From Prochlorococcus sp. AG-315-C08 (GTDB taxonomy: Bacteria > Cyanobacteriota > Cyanobacteriia > PCC-6307 > Cyanobiaceae), in the NCBI GenBank assembly GCA_003284185.1, contig QBWB01000001.1, positions 1,526 through 65,525 of the forward strand: a DNA stretch of 64,000 nt, written 5' to 3'. A model generated the notes under the pieces. It was given only the letters and a program-made list of their open reading frames with translations. It made no database searches and was not told the origin of the DNA. Made by a program: the position numbers and the translations under genes. How positions within the stretch are numbered: position 1 is the stretch's first letter; every line of letters starts with the position of its first letter. Below, piece after piece: positions 21,560 to 32,243 of this stretch.

Positions 21560-22516
21560 ATGGGGATGGAAGGTTTTAAGGATTATTTCAAAATTCTTGG
21601 TGTTTCTAAAAATGCCACGAAGAAGGAAATCAAGTTTGCATTTAGAAAACTTGCGCGGGAATTTCATCCAGATTTAAATCCCTCAGAAAATAATTCAGAA
21701 GCAAATTTTAAAGAAATTAATGAAGCTTATGAGGTTTTGTCTGATCCAGAGAAAAAAAAGATCTATGAAGAATACGCTAATTACTGGGCTAAATTAAAAG
21801 GATTAAATTCAAGAGATTTTTCAAGAGAGGGTTTTGATGCTGGGTTTCAAAGCTATAAAAATTTTGATGAATTTGTAAAAGATTTCTTAGGAAAATTTAA
21901 GGGCGTGGGTCAAGATGTTTTTTCTAGATTTTCTTCAGAACAGTATGTTCAGTCATGGAAAGATTCAAATAAGAATTTAAATCTAGATGCAGAGTTTAAT
22001 TTGAAAATTACTTTTTCAGAAGCTTTTAATGGAGTAAAAAAGAGTCTTCTAGTCAATAATGAAAGAATTGATATCACAATCCCTAAAGGAGTTAAATCTG
22101 GGTTAAAAATTCGGGTTAAGAATAAAGGTAATATTCAAACTGGGAGTGGAAAGAGAGGAGATTTATTTCTTTTAATTAATGTTAAGTCTCATCCTATTTG
22201 GAAAGTAGAAGGTAGAAATATCTTCGCAGTTCTACCTGTAGCTATAGATGAATTGGCTTTAGGAGCCAATGTTTCTGTCATTACACCTGAAGGCAAAACA
22301 TATTTATTAATTCCACCTGGTACGTCACCAGGACAAAAGTTGAAATTAAAAGGCAAAGGATGGCCAGATTCAGATGGTTCTGGAGATTTATTTTTTAATC
22401 TAAAATTACAAGTACCCAGTCAATGGTCTAGTAAAGAGCTAGAACTTTTTGAAGAACTTAGAGATCTTCGAATGGATGAACCTCGATCAAACTGGTTTGA
22501 TGAAGCGCGCACATAA
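21560..22516 (+). CDS. DnaJ/CbpA-type co-chaperone (class B J protein)
   Basis: J domain with HPD and FKEINEAYEVLSD; C-terminal GDL repeats; no zinc finger. Confidence 0.92.
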   Translation: MGMEGFKDYFKILGVSKNATKKEIKFAFRKLAREFHPDLNPSENNSEANFKEINEAYEVLSDPEKKKIYEEYANYWAKLKGLNSRDFSREGFDAGFQSYKNFDEFVKDFLGKFKGVGQDVFSRFSSEQYVQSWKDSNKNLNLDAEFNLKITFSEAFNGVKKSLLVNNERIDITIPKGVKSGLKIRVKNKGNIQTGSGKRGDLFLLINVKSHPIWKVEGRNIFAVLPVAIDELALGANVSVITPEGKTYLLIPPGTSPGQKLKLKGKGWPDSDGSGDLFFNLKLQVPSQWSSKELELFEELRDLRMDEPRSNWFDEART

Positions 22517-22550
22517 AAAGAAGTAAAGTTAATTTATCTTTTTTGTCTAT

Positions 22551-23552
22551 ATGGATCTCACTTATCGGCCACGTCGCCTCCGCAGAACAAGTTCCTTAAG
22601 GGAAATGGTTAGAGAGAATGTTGTTTCGGCTTCAGATTTTATATATCCACTTTTTGTACACGATAGTTCAGAAATTCAGGAAATAGCTGCGATGCCAGGT
22701 TCATATCGTTGGTCAATTGATGGTTTGGTTGAGGAAGTTAAACGAGCTTGGAATTTAGGTATTAGATGTGTTGTTCTTTTCCCGAAAGTACCTGATGTGC
22801 AAAAAACAGAAGATGGATCTGAATGTTTTAACGAGAACGGTTTGATCCCAAGGGTTATAGCAAGACTGAAAAAGGAGATACCAGAAATGTCTGTAATGAC
22901 TGATGTTGCTTTAGATCCTTATTCTTGTGATGGTCATGATGGAATTGTTAGCAAAGAAGGAATAATTTTGAATGATGAGACTGTTAATTTGTTGTGTCGG
23001 CAAGCAGTTGTTCAGGCCCAATCTGGGGCGGATTTGATCGGACCTAGTGACATGATGGATGGAAGAGTTGGAGCTATTAGAGAGGCATTAGATGATGAAG
23101 GTTTTGAACATGTTGGAATAATTAGCTATACAGCAAAATATTCGTCTGCTTATTACGGACCATTTAGAGAGGCTCTAGATTCAGCTCCTAGATCTTTATC
23201 GAATAAACCAATTCCTAAAAATAAAAATACTTACCAAATGGACCCGGCTAATTCTAGAGAGGCAATAACTGAAGCTCAATTAGATGAGCAAGAAGGATCA
23301 GATATCTTAATGGTTAAGCCAGGGTTAGCTTATTTGGATATTATTTATCGACTAAGAGAAGAATCCGAATTGCCTATTGCTGCTTATAACGTAAGTGGAG
23401 AATACTCAATGGTTAAAGCTGCGGCTCAAAAAGGTTGGATTGATGAAAAAGCTATTGTATTAGAGACTTTATTAAGTTTCAAAAGGGCTGGAGCCAATTT
23501 GATACTGACATATCATGCATGCGATGCCGCAGAGTGGTTACAACAAGAATAA
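22551..23552 (+). CDS. hemB: Porphobilinogen synthase
   Basis: RPRRLR, DVALDPY..GHDG, PSDMMDGR, MVKPG, YNVSGEYSM. Confidence 0.98.
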   Translation: MDLTYRPRRLRRTSSLREMVRENVVSASDFIYPLFVHDSSEIQEIAAMPGSYRWSIDGLVEEVKRAWNLGIRCVVLFPKVPDVQKTEDGSECFNENGLIPRVIARLKKEIPEMSVMTDVALDPYSCDGHDGIVSKEGIILNDETVNLLCRQAVVQAQSGADLIGPSDMMDGRVGAIREALDDEGFEHVGIISYTAKYSSAYYGPFREALDSAPRSLSNKPIPKNKNTYQMDPANSREAITEAQLDEQEGSDILMVKPGLAYLDIIYRLREESELPIAAYNVSGEYSMVKAAAQKGWIDEKAIVLETLLSFKRAGANLILTYHACDAAEWLQQE

Positions 23553-23596
23553 AATTAATTAAAACTTTTGATTTTTGCTTTTTTGAGTCAGAGCTA

Positions 23597-24001
23597 ATGA
23601 TTGAGAACCAATCCGAAAAAAATACTGAGAGTGTCCGTCGTCTTGGTCATGTAGCGATAAGGGTAGGTGACGTGGACCGTGCAAAATGTTTTTATTTGGG
23701 CTTAGGGATGAAACTTGTCTGGGATGATCCTGATTGGTGTTATCTGGAGGCTGTTGAGAGCAGGGATGGCCTCGCTTTGCTAGGTCCTGGCTATAAGGCT
23801 GCTGGCCCTCATTTTGCATTTCATTTTACTGATAGAGAGCAAATAGAGGCAATACACAAGTCTTTAAAGAAACAAGGTATCAAGGTGGGTTCTTTACATG
23901 ATCATCGTGATGGAACTTCTTCTTTTTATTTGAGAGATACGGAAGGTAATTGGTTGGAAATGCTTTATCATCCATCAACTGGAATACCAACTAATCAATA
24001 G
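23597..24001 (+). CDS. VOC/glyoxalase family protein
   Basis: LGHVAIRV, HFAF, FYLRDTEGNWLE; start moved to ATG 23597 to avoid the hemB overlap. Confidence 0.85.
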   Translation: MIENQSEKNTESVRRLGHVAIRVGDVDRAKCFYLGLGMKLVWDDPDWCYLEAVESRDGLALLGPGYKAAGPHFAFHFTDREQIEAIHKSLKKQGIKVGSLHDHRDGTSSFYLRDTEGNWLEMLYHPSTGIPTNQ

Positions 24002-24018
24002 ACAATAATAGTAGTCGT

Positions 24019-26436
24019 ATGGATTCATTTGAAACACAGTTGAATAATTCTGATAATTTAGAAATTTCTTTAGAGACATTGGAGCTATTGGAGTGGTCAA
24101 CCGTTTGCAGTCATTTGTCTACTTTTGCCGAAACTGAACAGGGTCGTAGAAGATGTAAAAAGTTTGATTTGCCATCCAATAAACATTTAAGCCAAGATCA
24201 ATTATGTCAAACATTGGAAATTGGTTCTTTAGATGTTTCCATTGATAGTGGAATAAGTTTCAAAGGTGTTCATGACTTGCAAAATATTCTTTTTGTATGC
24301 TCTAGAGGAGGAGTTTCCTCTGGTGAAGACCTGTTGAAAGTAGCAGAAACATTAAGAGCAGCCAGGAAATTACGAAAACTAATATTTGATCAAGATACTC
24401 GCCCAAAACTTTCTTTTTTGCTGGAAGGCTTAGCAACTTTACCTGACTTACAAAAACTGCTGGAATATGGACTGGATGAGGGAGGTCGGATTGCTGATCG
24501 AGCGAGTACTCAATTGTCTGATTTGCGTCGTCATTGGCATGCCTTACGACTACAGAGAAGAGATATTCTTCAAGATATAATTAGGAGATTTTATCCATTG
24601 CTGCAGGATAATGTTATCTCTGAGCGATACGGTCGTCCTGTGCTGGCATTCAAATCAGGAACTGCTGATCAGGTCAAGGGAATGGTTCATGATAGTTCCG
24701 CTTCTGGAAATACTACTTATGTTGAACCTCAAGCTGTTATATCAATCGGAAATCGTTTAACTGAAATAGGTTCGGAAATCTTAAATGAAGAGAGGAGGCT
24801 TTTAACTAATTGGAGTAAGGAAGTTGGGAAAAGTGCTAATTCAATAGAATTTTCAAGTGAGGTCCTTCTAAAGATTGAATTTTCTTTAGCAAGAGCACGT
24901 TATTCAAAATGGTTTAATGGCGTCCCCCCCATTCTTGAGGATGAACCAAATTCTCCATTTGATATCAAGAATTTTCGTCATCCATTACTAGTCTGGAATT
25001 ATTTTCATGATAAAAAACATAAAGTTGTTCCTATAAGCTTTGATGTCTCATCTGATCTGAAAGTTGTAGCTATCACAGGTCCTAATACTGGGGGAAAAAC
25101 AGTTGCTTTGAAAAGTATTGGACTAGCAGTCTTGATGGCAAAAATAGGGTTGCTTTTGCCATGTACGGGCCATCCAAGAATGCCATGGTGTGAAAATATT
25201 TTGGCTGATATCGGAGATGAACAATCATTGCAACAGAATTTATCTACATTTAGTGGACATATACTTCGTATAAGTCGAATCCTTACCGCCATATCAGATT
25301 CCCCTGGCACATCTCTTGTCCTTTTAGATGAGGTAGGCGCTGGGACTGACCCTTCGGAAGGGACTGCATTGGCTATTGCTCTTTTAAAGACAATGGCTGA
25401 TAGAGCACGACTAACAATTGCAACAACTCATTTTGGAGAGCTAAAAGCATTGAAATATAATGACTCAAGATTTGAAAACGCATCAGTTGCTTTTGATAGC
25501 GTAACTATTCAGCCAACTTTTCATTTGCAATGGGGTATCCCTGGTAGGAGCAATGCATTAGAAATTTCTCAAAGACTTGGTCTAGATATAGAAGTTATTA
25601 ATAGTGCCCAAAAATTGATAAACCCAAAAGGTGTTGAGAATGTTAATCAAGTAATTAGAGGATTAGAAGAACAAAGAGAACGTCAACAGTCAGCGGCTGA
25701 AGATGCTGCTGTTTTATTAGCTAGAACTGAATTGCTTCACGAAGAATTGCTTCAAGGATGGCAGAAACAACGTCAACAAACTGATGAGTTTAAGGAAAAA
25801 GGAAGGATAAAATTAGAATCATCAATCAGAGACGGACAAAAAGAAGTTCGTCATTTAATTAAGCGTTTGCGAGATCAAAATGCCAGCGGTGAAACCGCAA
25901 GGCTTGCTGGCCAACGATTACGTCAAATGGAAAAGGGTTATCGAAATAATAGAAAAAATGAACTTAATCAATTATGGAAACCAATCATTGGTGAGAAAGT
26001 TAGATTGACTTCCATTGGTAAGGCAGGAGAAATAATATCTTTTTCAGATGATGGTATGCAATTAACAGTCTTGTGTGGAGTCTTTCGCAGCACAGTTGAT
26101 TTAACTGAGGTCGAGAGTCTTGATGGAAAGAAAGTTCAAGTAAGTCAGGTAGTTAAGATCAATTCTTCTCAGATTAAGAAGAACTTTTCTACTGTTCGAA
26201 CTAAAAAGAGCACAGTGGATGTAAGAGGTTTACGAGTACATGAAGCTGAGGGAGTAATTGAAGAAAAACTTAGAAATTGTAGTGGTGCTTTGTGGATTAT
26301 TCATGGCATTGGTTCTGGAAAATTGAAAAAAGGTTTGAGGGAATGGTTCAAAACCCTTCCTTATATCGATAAGGTCATTGATGCAGAGCCTTATGATGGC
26401 GGGTTAGGTTGTACTGTAATTTGGATTGCTAATTAA
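24019..26436 (+). CDS. mutS2: Endonuclease MutS2
   Basis: ITGPNTGGKT, IGDEQSLQQNLSTFSGH, LLDEVGAGTDP, TTHF, C-terminal Smr domain (IIHGIGSGKL). Confidence 0.96.
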   Translation: MDSFETQLNNSDNLEISLETLELLEWSTVCSHLSTFAETEQGRRRCKKFDLPSNKHLSQDQLCQTLEIGSLDVSIDSGISFKGVHDLQNILFVCSRGGVSSGEDLLKVAETLRAARKLRKLIFDQDTRPKLSFLLEGLATLPDLQKLLEYGLDEGGRIADRASTQLSDLRRHWHALRLQRRDILQDIIRRFYPLLQDNVISERYGRPVLAFKSGTADQVKGMVHDSSASGNTTYVEPQAVISIGNRLTEIGSEILNEERRLLTNWSKEVGKSANSIEFSSEVLLKIEFSLARARYSKWFNGVPPILEDEPNSPFDIKNFRHPLLVWNYFHDKKHKVVPISFDVSSDLKVVAITGPNTGGKTVALKSIGLAVLMAKIGLLLPCTGHPRMPWCENILADIGDEQSLQQNLSTFSGHILRISRILTAISDSPGTSLVLLDEVGAGTDPSEGTALAIALLKTMADRARLTIATTHFGELKALKYNDSRFENASVAFDSVTIQPTFHLQWGIPGRSNALEISQRLGLDIEVINSAQKLINPKGVENVNQVIRGLEEQRERQQSAAEDAAVLLARTELLHEELLQGWQKQRQQTDEFKEKGRIKLESSIRDGQKEVRHLIKRLRDQNASGETARLAGQRLRQMEKGYRNNRKNELNQLWKPIIGEKVRLTSIGKAGEIISFSDDGMQLTVLCGVFRSTVDLTEVESLDGKKVQVSQVVKINSSQIKKNFSTVRTKKSTVDVRGLRVHEAEGVIEEKLRNCSGALWIIHGIGSGKLKKGLREWFKTLPYIDKVIDAEPYDGGLGCTVIWIAN

Positions 26437-26537
26437 TAAAAGTTTAAGAAAATAATAAAAAGTGATTTTACTTTTTTATTTAGCAATCATTTATCATAAG
26501 AATTAATATAAGAGTAAGGACGATTTAATATCCCTAA

Positions 26538-27527
26538 GTGCAATTTATTGATCAGGCTCTTATTGCTGTTAAAGCAGGTTCGGGTGGCGATGGAATTTCT
26601 GCCTTTCGAAGAGAAAAATATGTTCCAGCAGGAGGTCCTTCAGGTGGAGATGGAGGCCAAGGAGGTAATGTCATTTTGGAAGCAGATGATAATTTACAAA
26701 CCCTTTTGGATTTTAAATTTCAGAAATTAATTTCTGCAGAGAATGGTTTTAGAGGTGGGCCAAATAAATGCACTGGAGCCTCAGGAAAGGACACCATACT
26801 TAAGGTTCCGTGTGGAACGGAGATTAGAGATTTATCGACAAAAATTATTCTTGGTGATTTAACTTCTAAAGGAGAGCAACTTGTTGTTGCTTTTGGAGGG
26901 AAAGGAGGATTCGGAAATGCTCGCTATTTATCTAATAGCAATAGAGCTCCTGAAAAATTTACAGAAGGTACAGAAGGAGAGGAATGGTCTTTACAATTAG
27001 AATTGAAATTATTGGCAGAAGTTGGAATTATTGGTTTACCAAATGCAGGAAAAAGCACTTTAATTTCTGTTTTATCATCAGCAAGACCGAAAATTGCTGA
27101 TTATCCTTTTACAACTTTAATTCCCAATCTAGGAGTGGTTAGAAGACCATCTGGCGATGGAACAGTTTTTGCAGATATTCCTGGTTTGATTTCTGGAGCA
27201 TCAAAAGGAATAGGTTTGGGACATGATTTCTTGCGGCATATTCAAAGGACAAAGCTTTTAATACATCTAGTTGATGCAGGTTCTCCAGATCCATTAAAGG
27301 ATATAAGGATCATAGAGAAGGAATTAACATCTTATGGCCATGGGTTGATTTCTCGCCCTAGGCTTTTGGTCTTAAATAAAAAAGAGCTTTTAAATGAAAA
27401 TGAATTGAATCAACTTTTATTAGATTTGGAGCAATTGATAGAAAAGAAAATTTTTATAATATCTGCAGCTATGAAGATAGGATTAGATAAATTATTGCTC
27501 TCTGTCTGGAATGAACTTGGGTATTAA
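26538..27527 (+). CDS. obgE: GTPase ObgE/CgtA
   Basis: [36 protein letters not shown]. Confidence 0.98.
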   Translation: MQFIDQALIAVKAGSGGDGISAFRREKYVPAGGPSGGDGGQGGNVILEADDNLQTLLDFKFQKLISAENGFRGGPNKCTGASGKDTILKVPCGTEIRDLSTKIILGDLTSKGEQLVVAFGGKGGFGNARYLSNSNRAPEKFTEGTEGEEWSLQLELKLLAEVGIIGLPNAGKSTLISVLSSARPKIADYPFTTLIPNLGVVRRPSGDGTVFADIPGLISGASKGIGLGHDFLRHIQRTKLLIHLVDAGSPDPLKDIRIIEKELTSYGHGLISRPRLLVLNKKELLNENELNQLLLDLEQLIEKKIFIISAAMKIGLDKLLLSVWNELGY

Positions 27528-27604
27528 TTAATTGTTATGAGTGTAATAGAAGCACTTGTGCAGAATGAAATTGTTGGTCATAAATAAAGAGAATCTATTT
27601 AATT

Positions 27605-27787
27605 ATGAACTTCTACAGCTGCTTTGATGGGCAAGGAAAAATTATTGCTCGTTGTCAGACTAATCAGGAAATTAAAGTCCTAGAAAGAATGGGTCGTCCA
27701 ATTGCTGAAATTCGCAAAATGAAGAATGAGGAAGCAGTTGTATGTTCTTTAGTTGGTAGTCCTTCAGATTTTAATATGGACTATTAA
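27605..27787 (+). CDS. Small hypothetical protein (60 aa)
   Basis: Free-standing ATG ORF filling the intergenic space, followed by a terminator. Confidence 0.75.
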   Translation: MNFYSCFDGQGKIIARCQTNQEIKVLERMGRPIAEIRKMKNEEAVVCSLVGSPSDFNMDY

Positions 27788-27798
27788 TTAAGAGCATT

Positions 27799-27832
27799 AA
27801 AAAAGGGAGTAGTTAAATCTGCTCCCTTTTTT
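27799..27832. terminator. Bidirectional Rho-independent terminator
   Basis: AAAAAAGGGAGTAG-TTAAAT-CTGCTCCCTTTTTT between convergent genes. Confidence 0.85.
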
Positions 27833-27842
27833 GTTTGATAAT

Positions 27843-28061
27843 TTAATCGTCGTATACCAAACACTCTGGTTCATCTGGATTTGCATCACAGAAAAGTTCA
27901 AGTGCATTTGGATCATGTTTGTCTTCAGGATGATGTTCCTTATATTCCTTAAGAGAATTAAGTTCATCTTCTAAGTGATGGAGCTTAGATTCATTGCCCT
28001 GAGCTTTTGCTGCTTGAATCTCAGATTCATCCTTCTGAATATGCTCGTCAATGGTTTTCAT
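27843..28061 (-). CDS. cp12: CP12 Calvin-cycle regulatory protein (C-terminal Cys pair only)
   Basis: From ATG 28061: MKTIDEHIQKD...LELFCDANPDEPECLVYDD (72 aa). Confidence 0.93.
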   Translation of the reverse strand: MKTIDEHIQKDESEIQAAKAQGNESKLHHLEDELNSLKEYKEHHPEDKHDPNALELFCDANPDEPECLVYDD

Positions 28062-28228
28062 AGCGTCTTGTAAGAGCAGGATCTTTTGACTAATAACAAG
28101 ATAATTATGACGGAGGGAAATTGCACGTGGTTTGAGAATTTGGTTGGATTTCCTCACCATTTCCTGACTTATGTACCTCCAAAAGTCATCTTTTGTTGTT
28201 TCCACCTTGAAATAATTGGTCGATTTAT

Positions 28229-28891
28229 TCAACTCTCAGATGTTTCTAGCTTCCTTTGGCTTTCTAAAAAATCAAAAACGCTCTTATCTCCTATATCTGC
28301 TTCTGCTGGTAGGTTGAATTTCCTTATTCCCATTAGTAGTAAAAGTAAGGATGACACCACTAACATTGCAAAAGTAAATCTTTCATTAGCTAATTCAGTT
28401 AAATATCCAATTAAAGCAATAGGAATAAAAATCGTTATCCCTATTGCTTCAATTCTCCTAAAACAAAAAAACTCTTTGAAACCAATTCCTGTTAAAGCAG
28501 CAAAAAGTGGGCCAATAAGTAATATAGATTTTGGATTTTCTCTAAGACCATAGATTATATTTGTTAATCCAAAGTGATAGGCAAGTATTGCAAAGCCAAT
28601 ACAACCAGTTAACCAAAAAATTGTTAATGTTTGATGTAAAGGTCTTAAATATATATGTATCCACTTAAGGCTTAAACCCATACTGATTGACATGCCAAGT
28701 ATCCAAATCCATATTTGATGAGATCCATTAGTGATCCATTGAGCTATTCCTATTGAAAAGAATAAGCCGCAGAAAAGAATTGATAAGCGGTAAAAGAGAA
28801 CTTCTTTTTTATCATTAGAAGTTACTATGAAGTCACCATAGACTCCTTTAATTGAATTAGAAGATTGAAAGTAGGAATTTGCTTGTTTCAT
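28229..28891 (-). CDS. DUF2301-like integral membrane protein
   Basis: GVYGDF, WIHIYLRPLH, GFKEFFCF, DIGDKSVF; several TM helices. Confidence 0.82.
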   Translation of the reverse strand: MKQANSYFQSSNSIKGVYGDFIVTSNDKKEVLFYRLSILFCGLFFSIGIAQWITNGSHQIWIWILGMSISMGLSLKWIHIYLRPLHQTLTIFWLTGCIGFAILAYHFGLTNIIYGLRENPKSILLIGPLFAALTGIGFKEFFCFRRIEAIGITIFIPIALIGYLTELANERFTFAMLVVSSLLLLLMGIRKFNLPAEADIGDKSVFDFLESQRKLETSES

Positions 28892-28900
28892 TTTTGATGA

Positions 28901-29875
28901 TTACTGATTTACTATTTTGCTTATACTTTCACCTTTTGGAATAATACTACTTGGATTTAATGGAAACAAAGCTCCGAAATAATCTTTTCTCCAGGCATCA
29001 GCATCACATGTTTCTTTAATATTATATAAATTAAAAATCGTTTTTCTCCATTTAATTATATTTGGAAATGATTGAATTGGTCTCTTGCTGCACTTGAATA
29101 GAGGTTCATAAATAGATTCCCATCTGATCAGAGTAGGGAAAAGTCTTATATCAGCAATTGTTAAATCTTTACCACAGAGCCAAGGTCCTTTTAAATGAAG
29201 GCTTTCTTCAATAATGTTTAGGCTTGAGAATAAATCTTTGGATGCATTTTCGTAAGCAGTTTGATTCCTTGCAAAGCCACATTTATAAACTCCATTATTA
29301 ATATTTTCTTGAATTAATTCTTGCCATTTCGCTATTTCTTCGTGATAATACTTTGGATTTAGTTCAAAACTTTCATTAGATAAAGGCCAACTATCCAGTA
29401 TTTCTAATATTTGAGCGCTTTCATTATTTATTAATCTTGGTTTTGAATTGGCTTCTTTTCCTGGATCAAAAAATATTGGTACAGTTGCTCTTTTAACCTT
29501 GTTATTTCCGAAACTACGGTAAACCTCCATAAGCGTTCTGGACCCTTTTAAAGGAGGATTGAAAATCCACCTACCATTTTCATTGTCAACCTGAGCTATA
29601 TGAAGATTGATTGAGTTTTTTAGACCTTTCATTTTATAAACCATCCATACGCGATGAGCCCAGGGACAACTTTTACCAACAATTAAACATGGATATTGAT
29701 CAATATCTCTTTCTTTTAAATCTTCTTTGCTAGGGATAATTATTTTGCTTTGCTTGTTGGCTGGTCTTTTGTAATTACCGTTTTTATCAGAGGGACCAAG
29801 CCCATTCATCAGAAGCTTCCATTGGAAACTCCATATCCACTTCGCTGTTTTTACAAGTATTGGTGGTGTCGCCAT
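28901..29875 (-). CDS. Glutathione S-transferase, glutathionyl-hydroquinone reductase (YqjG/Xi)-like
   Basis: CPWAHR, RATVP, NNES, NNGVYKCGFA, ADIRLFPTLIRW. Confidence 0.9.
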   Translation of the reverse strand: MATPPILVKTAKWIWSFQWKLLMNGLGPSDKNGNYKRPANKQSKIIIPSKEDLKERDIDQYPCLIVGKSCPWAHRVWMVYKMKGLKNSINLHIAQVDNENGRWIFNPPLKGSRTLMEVYRSFGNNKVKRATVPIFFDPGKEANSKPRLINNESAQILEILDSWPLSNESFELNPKYYHEEIAKWQELIQENINNGVYKCGFARNQTAYENASKDLFSSLNIIEESLHLKGPWLCGKDLTIADIRLFPTLIRWESIYEPLFKCSKRPIQSFPNIIKWRKTIFNLYNIKETCDADAWRKDYFGALFPLNPSSIIPKGESISKIVNQ

Positions 29876-29917
29876 GAAATTCTTTTAAGATTATTTTGTG
29901 TTATTTAATTAGTTTTT

Positions 29918-30832
29918 ATGTCTGAGATCCAGGTGCTGTTAGTGGCTGGCACACATGGTAATGAAATAAATCCTATCTGGCTTTTCGAACAATGGGAGAA
30001 ATCAGCAGTTTTAATAAATACTTATGGCATTGCAACTCATAAAGTAATTGGAAATCCTAAGGCTTATAAGTCTGCTAAAAGATATATCCATAGTGATTTG
30101 AACCGCAGCTTTATCAAAGAGTTATTTTCAAAAACTAATCATTCAAATTTTGAGATAAGAAGAGCTGCAGATTTATTTCAAATTTATGGAGTGAGTGGAG
30201 AAAAGCCCTGCCATATTGCACTTGATTTTCATACCACAACTTCTTCTATGGGTAGTTGTTTGGTTGTTTACGGTAGAAGGGCAAGTGATTTAGCTTTGGC
30301 TTCTCTTGTTCAGAGTAAACTTGGACTTCCAATTTATCTTCACGAGTCAGATCATGCTCAAACAGGGTTTTTAGTAGAAGCATGGAAATGCGGACTCGTT
30401 ATTGAAATAGGACCAGTGGGTCAAGGTTTGTTTAATTCAAGGATTATTTCACAGACAAAATTAGTTCTAGAGTCTTGTTTAGAACAAATTAAATTAGTTG
30501 AAAATAATAATGTATTTTTTCCGGATAAATTAATTGTTCATAGACACATTAAAAGTATAGATTTTCCAAGGGATTATAAAGGCTTTATTAATGGTTATGT
30601 ACATCCATTACGGCAATCAAAGGATTGGCATCCCTTGAATATAAATGATGAGTTGTTTTTAATGCCTGATGGGAAAACTATCAAATTTGAAGAAAAGGAG
30701 ACATTTAGACCTGTATTTATTAATGAGGCTGCTTATATGGAGAAAAATATTGCTATGAGCTTGACGAAGAGGGAAGTTTGGGAATTTAAAAGTGAATGGA
30801 AAAAGGCATTATTTGATTTGGTTCAAAAATGA
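29918..30832 (+). CDS. aspA: Aspartoacylase family (M14-like) hydrolase
   Basis: GTHGNE, DLNRSF, DFHTTTSSMG, EIGP, FINEAAY. Confidence 0.9.
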   Translation: MSEIQVLLVAGTHGNEINPIWLFEQWEKSAVLINTYGIATHKVIGNPKAYKSAKRYIHSDLNRSFIKELFSKTNHSNFEIRRAADLFQIYGVSGEKPCHIALDFHTTTSSMGSCLVVYGRRASDLALASLVQSKLGLPIYLHESDHAQTGFLVEAWKCGLVIEIGPVGQGLFNSRIISQTKLVLESCLEQIKLVENNNVFFPDKLIVHRHIKSIDFPRDYKGFINGYVHPLRQSKDWHPLNINDELFLMPDGKTIKFEEKETFRPVFINEAAYMEKNIAMSLTKREVWEFKSEWKKALFDLVQK

Positions 30833-31049
30833 TTAGTTCTCTCGCTCCAATAAACAGTTGCCCCTTGTGTCTCCAATTCGTACTTTCTGTGTCTTGCGTC
30901 AGACAAGGGGACTCTCTCCTCAAGTCTATGGCCATCTATAAGCCATTTAATTAGAACCACTTTCGGGCCTCTTCAAAATTCTTAAGAGAATATTAAGCCC
31001 GTATGTGCTCTCAGTCGCACATTGTCTTAATAAGTAGTCCAACATAAAC

Positions 31050-31143
31050 ACCACGAAAGGGATCATTCTGCTTTATTATCAAAACTGGCAGTATAATTCT
31101 GCTCTTATTTATTCGTCCCTTTGGGACATATACATTCGTCCTC
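31050..31143 (+). promoter_or_regulatory. Structured psbA 5' leader (possibly PhotoRC-type motif)
   Basis: Long-range AAAGGGA (~31056) / TCCCTTT (~31116) pairing enclosing a CTGCT/GGCAG stem just before the psbA start. Confidence 0.45.
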
Positions 31144-32226
31144 ATGACCACCATTCAGCAGCAGCGTTCTTCGTTGCTCAAAGGTTGGCCACAATTCTGT
31201 GAGTGGGTTACTTCCACCAACAACCGCATTTATGTAGGTTGGTTTGGTGTTTTGATGGTCCCTTGCCTTCTTGCGGCAACAATATGTTTTATCATTGCAT
31301 TTATCGCTGCTCCTCCAGTTGATATAGATGGTATTCGTGAGCCAGTAGCTGGTTCATTCATGTACGGAAACAACATCATTTCTGGTGCTGTTGTTCCTTC
31401 AAGTAATGCTATTGGTCTTCACTTCTACCCAATCTGGGAAGCAGCAACTCTTGATGAGTGGCTATATAACGGAGGCCCTTACCAGCTTGTAATCTTCCAC
31501 TTCCTTATTGGTATCTGTGCATACATGGGACGTCAGTGGGAGCTTTCATATCGTTTAGGTATGCGCCCATGGATCTGTGTTGCTTATTCAGCTCCTGTAT
31601 CAGCAGCTTTCGCTGTGTTTCTTGTATACCCATTCGGTCAGGGTTCATTCTCTGATGGTATGCCTCTAGGAATTTCTGGAACATTCAACTTCATGTTCGT
31701 TTTCCAGGCTGAGCACAACATCTTGATGCATCCATTTCACATGCTTGGTGTAGCAGGTATGTTCGGTGGTGCTTTGTTCTCTGCAATGCATGGTTCCTTG
31801 GTTACTTCATCACTAATCCGTGAGACCACAGGACTTGATTCACAAAACTACGGTTACAAGTTTGGACAAGAAGAAGAGACTTATAACATCGTTGCAGCTC
31901 ATGGCTACTTCGGTCGTTTGATCTTCCAATATGCAAGCTTCAACAACAGCCGCAGCCTTCACTTCTTCTTGGCTTCATGGCCTGTGATTTGTGTTTGGTT
32001 GACATCTATGGGCATTTGCACCATGGCATTTAACTTGAATGGTTTCAACTTCAATCAGTCTGTAGTTGATGCGTCAGGCAAGGTTGTACCAACCTGGGGT
32101 GACGTACTTAACCGTGCAAACCTTGGGATGGAAGTAATGCATGAGCGCAATGCTCACAACTTCCCACTTGACCTAGCATCAGCTGAGTCTACTTCTGTAG
32201 CTCTACAAGCACCTGCAATTGGTTAA
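31144..32226 (+). CDS. psbA: Photosystem II reaction centre protein D1 (Gln130 form)
   Basis: [30 protein letters not shown] plus C-terminal extension; strong codon bias. Confidence 0.99.
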   Translation: MTTIQQQRSSLLKGWPQFCEWVTSTNNRIYVGWFGVLMVPCLLAATICFIIAFIAAPPVDIDGIREPVAGSFMYGNNIISGAVVPSSNAIGLHFYPIWEAATLDEWLYNGGPYQLVIFHFLIGICAYMGRQWELSYRLGMRPWICVAYSAPVSAAFAVFLVYPFGQGSFSDGMPLGISGTFNFMFVFQAEHNILMHPFHMLGVAGMFGGALFSAMHGSLVTSSLIRETTGLDSQNYGYKFGQEEETYNIVAAHGYFGRLIFQYASFNNSRSLHFFLASWPVICVWLTSMGICTMAFNLNGFNFNQSVVDASGKVVPTWGDVLNRANLGMEVMHERNAHNFPLDLASAESTSVALQAPAIG

Positions 32227-32243
32227 GTCTTTGACTTGATTTT

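Noticed and set aside
28062-28232. 57-aa N-terminal extension of CP12 in the ORF track
   Set aside because: The CP12-like sequence begins at ATG 28061; the extension covers the probable promoter and looks non-coding
30786-30935. About 49-aa minus-strand ORF (MAIDLRRESP...) in the aspA-psbA spacer
   Set aside because: Overlaps the aspA 3' end, has no motif, and the region is better explained by RNA structure
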